Shown: positions 58,229 through 64,000 of the stretch, piece by piece
Position numbering within the stretch: position 1 is the first letter of the stretch
Layout: the number at the start of each line of letters is the position of its first letter
Assembly (NCBI GenBank): GCA_027306595.1
Contig: DAHUZI010000016.1
Coordinates: 962-64,961 of the forward strand
Reading direction: 5' to 3'
DNA: 64,000 nucleotides
Source: Candidatus Dormiibacterota bacterium
GTDB lineage: Bacteria; Chloroflexota; Dormibacteria; Aeolococcales; Bog-877
The notes under the pieces: model-generated
The model's input: only the letters and a program-made list of their open reading frames with translations
What the model was told of the DNA's origin: nothing
Databases searched by the model: none
Position numbers and translations under genes: made by a program

Positions 58229-58998
58229 GGCGTTCCCTTCATCTGCCGTCCTGGGGGTCTGTGGTCACAACGGCTGCACTCGCGCGAGGTTCCCGTCTGC
58301 CTCCCGGATCCACACGAACGGGCAAGCGCCTTGCGGTTCCGCGCGACGCCCAGCCAGACAGCGTCGCCAGCCGCCGGTGGGCTGCGATCGGGGCGCCGGT
58401 GGAGCTGCCGGCCGGCGACCCGCACCAGGGCTCGGCCGGGTGCCGCGAGGACGAGTCGTCCGCACGACGGGTCGCTGGCCCGGTCGGTGTCGGATCGGAC
58501 AGCGCGGCCCTCGGGGCGGTGGACCTGGCGGCCGGGGCCCTTTCGGTGCGGGGGAGCCTCGGCCGACTCAGCCCCGGGGCCGCGGCTGTGGAGCGGGTGC
58601 GCCCCGGGGCGCACCCGCCGGCGCGGTCGCCCGGGGCGTCGCGCCACCGCCTCGAGCTGATCCCCCGAGTGCCGCTGCGGCGCCCCGTTGCACGAGGCGC
58701 CGAGCACGCCGCCCGAGCCCCGGGCGACGCACCGCCGACCGGTCCTGCCGACCGCTTCAGGGCGGACGCCAGCTCCACGGCCACCACCACGCTCGTCACC
58801 AGGCCGCCCGCGCGCCGGATGGTGCGCGCTTGGGCCCCGGGGGTGACCGGCGCGGGGCGCGTCGTCCACCCCTGCCCGGGCTGGGGTGACCGGCGCGGGG
58901 GACGAGCGCAGCCCTGGGGCGGCGCCGCTGCCTGCGACGGGCGCCAGCCATGCGGGGCGCGGCCCTCGCAGGCGATCGCGAGGCTTGGAGCGGGGGCA

Positions 58999-60480
58999 CT
59001 AGCCGGCTCCGCCCTCGGCTGCCGCCCGGTGCGCGGGGTGCTCCAGCGGTCGGGCGACCCGACCGAGCAGGCCCATTCCGAGGACGAACGCCGCCAGGTA
59101 GAAGCCGGCGAAGAGGTGGAAGCCCGCGTCGGTGGCGTGGACCAGAGCCGCCCCCGACCGGGGTGCCAAGACCCCAGCGGTCCCGAGGAAGACGCGGGTC
59201 GCGACCCGCGTCGACAGGCTCGCCTCGGCCACCAGCAGGGCGAGGGTGAGCGAGAGCGCCATGCCCACGTTGCGCAGGGTGAAGTACATGCCTGAGGCGA
59301 CCCCCGTCCGTGCCGGTGGCGCCGCCGAGAGCATCGCCTTGGTGAGCGACGGCCAGGCGAGGGCGTTGGCCGCCGACATGAGCAGGAGGGGCCCGACCAC
59401 CAGCGGCAGGGAGAGGCGCGGGCCGAGCTGGCCCAGCAGCCAGGCCCCAAGGGTGAGGACGAGGAGGCCGACGAGGACGAGCCGGGCCGGGCCGATCCGA
59501 TCAGCGAGGTGCCCGCCCAGCGGGGCCAGCACCAGCTGGGGCGCCGCCAGCGGCACCAGGGCGAGCCCGGCCGCCAGCGGCCCGAGGTGGAGCGCGCCCT
59601 GGAGGTAGAAGGTGAGCAGGAACGTGGTCGCGGACAGGGCGATCATGTACAGGAGGACGACCCCCAGCCCGCTGCGGTAGTGGCGGTGGCGGAGCAGCCC
59701 GGTGTCGAAGAGCGGCGCTGGGGTCCGGCGCTCACGAGCGGCGAAGGCGAGCCCGAGCCCCGCCGCCGCCGCCAGGAGCACGACCGTGGGGGTCGCCCCC
59801 CAGCCCCAGGCGAGGCCCTCGGAGAGCGCGAGGAGCGCGGCCACCAGGGCGAGGCCGAAGAGCGCGGCGCCCGTCCAGTCGACCGCGGCGCGACCGTGGG
59901 TGCGGGCATCGGGCCGCAGGACCCACCACCCGCCGAGCAGCCCGAGACCACCGAACGGGACCGTGACGAAGAAGACGACCCGCCAGCCCAGGCTCGCCAC
60001 CAGCGCTCCCCCCGCCACCGGCCCGACGATCGCGCCCAGGACCCAGGCGGTGGAGTTGACGCCCAGCGCCCGTCCCAGGTCGCCCGGGGGGAAGACCTGG
60101 ACGATAAGGGGGACGGCCGTCGCCAGGCCCAGCGCGGCGCCCGCCCCCTGGACGAATCGGGCAGCAACGAGGAACGTGCCCGAGGGCGCGGCCCCGCAGG
60201 CGATCGTCGCGGCGGTGAACACCGCGAGGCCGGCGAGGAACGTCCGGCGCCGTCCGGCGACGTCCGACCAGCGGCCGGCGGGCAGGAGCAGCACCGTGCT
60301 GGTGATGAGGTAGGCGGTGAGGGTCCAAAGACCGGTGGTGGCCGCGATCCGAAGCCCGGCCATCAGCCGCGGGAGGGCCACGACCACGATCGTGCCGTCG
60401 ACATTGGTGACGAAGGCGACCAGGGTCACGACGGCGAGGAGCCACCACCGGCCGGTGGCGGGGCGCGCGGATCGGGACAT
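58999..60480 (-). CDS. MFS drug:H+ antiporter (DHA2/EmrB-like, 14 TM)
   Basis: VDGTIVVVALP, GRWSDVAGRRR motif A, ARFVQGAG, GPVAGG and LGWR. Confidence 0.93.
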   Translation of the reverse strand: MSRSARPATGRWWLLAVVTLVAFVTNVDGTIVVVALPRLMAGLRIAATTGLWTLTAYLITSTVLLLPAGRWSDVAGRRRTFLAGLAVFTAATIACGAAPSGTFLVAARFVQGAGAALGLATAVPLIVQVFPPGDLGRALGVNSTAWVLGAIVGPVAGGALVASLGWRVVFFVTVPFGGLGLLGGWWVLRPDARTHGRAAVDWTGAALFGLALVAALLALSEGLAWGWGATPTVVLLAAAAGLGLAFAARERRTPAPLFDTGLLRHRHYRSGLGVVLLYMIALSATTFLLTFYLQGALHLGPLAAGLALVPLAAPQLVLAPLGGHLADRIGPARLVLVGLLVLTLGAWLLGQLGPRLSLPLVVGPLLLMSAANALAWPSLTKAMLSAAPPARTGVASGMYFTLRNVGMALSLTLALLVAEASLSTRVATRVFLGTAGVLAPRSGAALVHATDAGFHLFAGFYLAAFVLGMGLLGRVARPLEHPAHRAAAEGGAG

Positions 60481-60514
60481 CGGGCCATGATCCACTGCCG
60501 CGCCCGGCGGCGGA

Positions 60515-60874
60515 TCAGCTGGCGGTCGGGAGCGAGGCCGGTCCCTCGAGGTCGACGATCGAGCGCCGGGCCGCGCCCACCCGGCGCTCGAGCAGCGCCT
60601 CCTGGAGATCAAAGAGCTGATCGAGGAGATGGGTGATGGTGATCCCGGCGTGGAGCTCCGGGCGCAGGGCCTCGGGGAGCAGGTCGCCGAGCGCATCGAG
60701 GGCGGGCTGGAGCGAGGCGGGCACGCGCTTGCGCCCCTCCAGATGAAGCGCCTCGAGCTGGGCGACCAGCGCGTCCACGCCCTGCACCGGCGCGTCGCGG
60801 GCGTCCAGGCGCTGTCGGCGGCGCAGTTCGTCGGCATCGGCGGCGGCGATGGCGTGGGTGGCAACAGCGTACAC
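60515..60874 (-). CDS. Small helical hypothetical protein (paralog of 61035..61376)
   Basis: GTG start follows GGGGGAT; amphipathic helices; similar to the divergent neighbour. Confidence 0.7.
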   Translation of the reverse strand: MYAVATHAIAAADADELRRRQRLDARDAPVQGVDALVAQLEALHLEGRKRVPASLQPALDALGDLLPEALRPELHAGITITHLLDQLFDLQEALLERRVGAARRSIVDLEGPASLPTAS

Positions 60875-61034
60875 GCAGATCCCCCACCGCGCTCTGTCCG
60901 GGGCCCCCGTCCCCGGTCACCCAGCCGGGGCCCCGATCAACGGAGTGGGGCGCGAGAGGCGCGGCTCTCGTGTGTGGCCATGAGTATAAGCCCGTAGCCG
61001 CGGGACGCCGGGAGCGACGATAATCGCGGCGCTG

Positions 61035-61376
61035 ATGGTTCAGGAGACGGCAGATCCGGAGCGGCGCCAGTTCTTGCGGCGGCTCGACGACATCCTCGAG
61101 GCGTTGGAGCAGCTGAATCTGCAGGAGCGCCCCCAGCTGCCGGAGACGGTTCGGCGGTCGCTGCTCGCCCAGGGCATCGTCTGTGAGGACGAGCCCGACG
61201 TCCGAGCCCTGATCGAGCGGGTCTGGCGCAAGCAGGAGCCCTTCCTCCTGCGGCTCGGCACCGAGCGCCGGAGCGCGAGCACCCGCCGCGGAGGCGGGCG
61301 TCGGCCCCCGCGCCACCAGGTCGTGGAGGGGATCCTGCGCCAGCTGGCCGAGCCCCCCCGGTCCGCGCACCCCTGA
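61035..61376 (+). CDS. Small helical hypothetical protein (paralog of 60515..60874)
   Basis: LDDILEALEQLNL...LPETV...LIERVWRKQEPFL. Confidence 0.72.
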   Translation: MVQETADPERRQFLRRLDDILEALEQLNLQERPQLPETVRRSLLAQGIVCEDEPDVRALIERVWRKQEPFLLRLGTERRSASTRRGGGRRPPRHQVVEGILRQLAEPPRSAHP

Positions 61377-61383
61377 TCGACCG

Positions 61384-62349
61384 CTAGCGGTCGGCGGTCG
61401 CCTGTCCCCGCGAGCCGGGGTGGGGTGCATCCCCGCCGGCTCCGCCCGCCCCCGACCGGTTCGCCGCCGGCGTGCCGCGCTCCAGCGCCTCCTCCAGCTG
61501 CAGGGTGCGCCGGTAGGCCGCCCACATGGCGTCGCCGACGACGGTGCGCAACCCGCCTCGCTCCAGGGCGGCCAGCGCCTCGGCGGAGGTGCCTCCGGGT
61601 GACGTGACCATGTCGCGCAGCTCGGCCACGTGCCGACCGCTCTGGAGGGCGAAGGCGGCGGACCCCTGCATCGTGTCGAGGACGAGGTCGCGGGCGACAT
61701 GGCGGGCGAAGCCCACGTGGACCGCGGCGTCGATCAGGGCCTCGATGAACAGGAAGATGTACGTGGGGCCGGTGCCGCTGACGGCGGTCGCCATCGCCAC
61801 CTGCCCCTCGTCCTCGACCTCGACGGCGCGGCCGAGCGCCGCCAGCATGCCACGGGTGCAGGCCTTGCCTGCCTCGGTGACCACCGGGGTGGCGTACCAG
61901 ACCGTGACCCCCTGGCCGATTTGGGCCGGTGTGTTCGGCATGGCGCGCACGATTGCGGGGTGGCGGAGTCCACGACCCAGGGCCCGGGTGCTGGCCCCGG
62001 CCACGATGCTGACGACGAGCTGCTCGGCGCGCAGGACCGGGGCGAGCTCGGGCACGACGTGGGGCAGCACCTGGGGCTTGAGGGCGATCAGGACCAGGTC
62101 GGCGTCGCCCGCAGCCTGGGCGTTGGCCGTCACGACGGTGACGCCGTAGGTCTGGCGCAGGTGGGCGGCCCGTGCCGGCCGCGGGTGACTGCACACAACC
62201 TGATCGGGGCTGAGGAGGTGCTGGCGGAGCATGCCGGCCAGCATCGCCTCGCCCATCGCCCCGGCCCCGACGATGCCGACCCGGATACCGGCCAGCGGGC
62301 CCGCGGCGGCTGGGCTCGCCGCGAGGTGGGAGACGGGCTCGCTCGCCAT
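61384..62349 (-). CDS. proC: Pyrroline-5-carboxylate reductase
   Basis: VGAGAMG, ALKPQ, SIVAG, RAMPNTP, TAVSGTGP and VTSPGGTS. Confidence 0.97.
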   Translation of the reverse strand: MASEPVSHLAASPAAAGPLAGIRVGIVGAGAMGEAMLAGMLRQHLLSPDQVVCSHPRPARAAHLRQTYGVTVVTANAQAAGDADLVLIALKPQVLPHVVPELAPVLRAEQLVVSIVAGASTRALGRGLRHPAIVRAMPNTPAQIGQGVTVWYATPVVTEAGKACTRGMLAALGRAVEVEDEGQVAMATAVSGTGPTYIFLFIEALIDAAVHVGFARHVARDLVLDTMQGSAAFALQSGRHVAELRDMVTSPGGTSAEALAALERGGLRTVVGDAMWAAYRRTLQLEEALERGTPAANRSGAGGAGGDAPHPGSRGQATADR

Positions 62350-62416
62350 GGTGCCGCTGCAGGGTGCCACAACGCGGGGGCGCGGTGCATCGCTGGCTTG
62401 CTACGGTGGCACCGGC

Positions 62417-63703
62417 ATGGCCGCCCCGCTCGTCGTCCTCTTCCCCGAGGGGGCCTTCGGGCCCACCAACAACTGTGTCGGCATCGCCCAGGCCCTGCAG
62501 CGGCGGGGCGCGCGCGTCGTCTTCGTGGTCGAGGCGTCGTTCCAGGGAACCCTCGAGGCCCAGGGCTTCGAGGAGCGGGTCATGCGCCTCAAGCCCGCCC
62601 CCGCGCAGCCGGAGGAGCCCGGCCAGTTCTGGAAGGACTTCATCCGCGACACCGCACCCCAGTTCCAGCGCCCCACGATCGAGCAGCTCGAGGGGCTGGT
62701 CCTGCCGATCTGGGCCGAGCTGGTCGCCGGGGCCCAGTACGTCGACGAGCGGCTGCGCGCGATCTTCGCCGAGCTGGACCCCGACGTGATCGTGGTCGAC
62801 AACGTCGTCGCCTTCCCCGCCGTCCTGGCCCACGGCTGCCCGTGGGTGCGGATCGTCTCCTGCAACCCCCTGGAGATCCGCGACCCCGAGCTCCCGCCCC
62901 CCTACTCCGGCTATCCCACCCGGGATCGCTCGGGGTGGGAGCCATTCCGGCGCCGCGAGGCGGAGCTGCTCGACGGGCTGCGGGCCGAGTTCGGGGCGTT
63001 CGTGCAGGATCGCGGGGCGCCAGCCCTGCCGAACGCCGCCTTCATCCACGCCTCCCCGTACCTCAACCTCTTCCTCTACCCGGCGGCCCTCGACTACGCT
63101 CGCTCGCGGCCGCTGGGCCCGAGCTGGTCGCGACTCGAGAGCTGCGTGCGGACGGCGGAGCACCGGTACCGCCCGCCCGAGCGGCTGCGCACCGGCGACG
63201 GCGCCCTCGTCTACTGCAGTCTGGGCAGCCTGGGCTCGGCGGACGTGCCCCTGATGGCGCGGCTGCTCGACGTCCTCGGCCGCAGCCGGCACCGGGCCAT
63301 CGTGAGCCTCGGTCCCCAGCACGACCAGCTCCGCCTCGCCATCAACCAGGACGGGGCCGCCCTCCTGCCCCAGCCCCGGATCCTGCCCCAGGTGGACGTC
63401 GTCATCACCCACGGCGGCAACAACACGATCACCGAGGCGTGCCACTTCGGTCGGCCGATGGTGGTCCTCCCCCTCTTCTGGGACCAGCACGACAACGCCC
63501 AGCGGATCGACGAGGCCGGCCTGGGCGTCCGCCTGCCGCCCTATGCCTTCGGGGACGCGGAGCTGACCGGCGCCATCGACCGGCTGGCGGCCGACGCCGG
63601 GCTGCATCGCCGGCTTCGCGCCCTGGCCAGCCGCCTGCAGGCGCAGCCGGGGACCGGCCGGGCGGCGGAGCGGATCCTCGGGATCGCCAGCCAGCGCCGC
63701 TGA
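62417..63703 (+). CDS. GT1/MGT-like glycosyltransferase (UDPGT family)
   Basis: PEGAFGPTNNC, YCSLGSLG and LPQPRILPQVDVVITHGGNNTITEACHFGRPMVVLPLFWDQHDNAQR (UDPGT signature). Confidence 0.93.
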   Translation: MAAPLVVLFPEGAFGPTNNCVGIAQALQRRGARVVFVVEASFQGTLEAQGFEERVMRLKPAPAQPEEPGQFWKDFIRDTAPQFQRPTIEQLEGLVLPIWAELVAGAQYVDERLRAIFAELDPDVIVVDNVVAFPAVLAHGCPWVRIVSCNPLEIRDPELPPPYSGYPTRDRSGWEPFRRREAELLDGLRAEFGAFVQDRGAPALPNAAFIHASPYLNLFLYPAALDYARSRPLGPSWSRLESCVRTAEHRYRPPERLRTGDGALVYCSLGSLGSADVPLMARLLDVLGRSRHRAIVSLGPQHDQLRLAINQDGAALLPQPRILPQVDVVITHGGNNTITEACHFGRPMVVLPLFWDQHDNAQRIDEAGLGVRLPPYAFGDAELTGAIDRLAADAGLHRRLRALASRLQAQPGTGRAAERILGIASQRR

Positions 63704-63719
63704 GCCCAGGGGGCCTGGG

Positions 63720-63971
63720 ATGCGGGTGGAGGTCCTCGTCGTGCCCCGCGCCCGAGCGGCCCACTGCGCGCGCGACGGCGACCGGCTGCGGGTCCGGGTG
63801 ACGGCGGCGCCCGAGGGTGGGGAGGCGAATCGCCAGGTGGTGGCGGCCGTCGCCGGCTGGCTCGGGGTCGCCCCCGGCGCGGTCGAGATCCTGCGCGGCC
63901 ACCGCGGCCGGCGGAAGTGGCTCTGGGTCCCGGTGGACCGGCTCCCGCCCGGACCCGGCGCCCCCCCCTAG
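63720..63971 (+). CDS. yggU: DUF167 (YggU) family protein
   Basis: VLVVPRA...LRVRVTAAPEGGEAN...VEILRGHRGRRK. Confidence 0.88.
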   Translation: MRVEVLVVPRARAAHCARDGDRLRVRVTAAPEGGEANRQVVAAVAGWLGVAPGAVEILRGHRGRRKWLWVPVDRLPPGPGAPP

Positions 63972-64000
63972 GCTCCGGTCTCCGCCCGGCGGAGCGCCTC

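Noticed and set aside
5372-63607. Many other long overlapping ORFs (e.g. 5372..8305, 25998..28961, 48320..51046, 51692..53941, 61040..63607)
   Set aside because: They are antisense or alternate frames of well-supported genes, rich in R/P/G/A, with no family motifs.

Overview
A very GC-rich, densely coding bacterial chromosomal segment. Gene styles resemble Actinomycetota, Chloroflexota or Ca. Dormibacterota, but taxonomy is inference only. I found no rRNA, tRNA, CRISPR array, transposase or integrase. From left to right: the 5' part of groEL with a CIRCE operator; several hydrolases and hypothetical proteins; a CitE-family lyase, a TetR/MMPL pair and a MaoC dehydratase; an S9 peptidase with an orphan family-5 binding protein; XdhC/CoxE/CoxD accessory genes; a ~19 kb inositol block; coxSLM of a form-II-like molybdo-flavoenzyme; ccr with a B12 mutase large subunit and an acyl-CoA dehydrogenase; a LacI/fucose-isomerase/FGGY-kinase/SBP locus; a RibD_C/DHFR pseudogene; an MFS pump; a divergent pair of paralogous unknown proteins; proC; a GT1 glycosyltransferase; and DUF167. 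The inositol block holds an iolG-like gene, iolE, glpD, a GH38 alpha-mannosidase, a PHP phosphoesterase, a sugar ABC transporter, a GntR/IolR regulator and iolC-aldolase-iolB-iolD-ADH. The two best leads are (1) a putative salvage system for glycerophosphoinositol(-mannoside) lipid head groups, tied together by shared IolR-type boxes, and (2) a dispersed Streptomyces-type ethylmalonyl-CoA pathway whose mutase is not a canonical Ecm. All calls come from motif recognition and recall; no searches were run. Many start codons are approximate.
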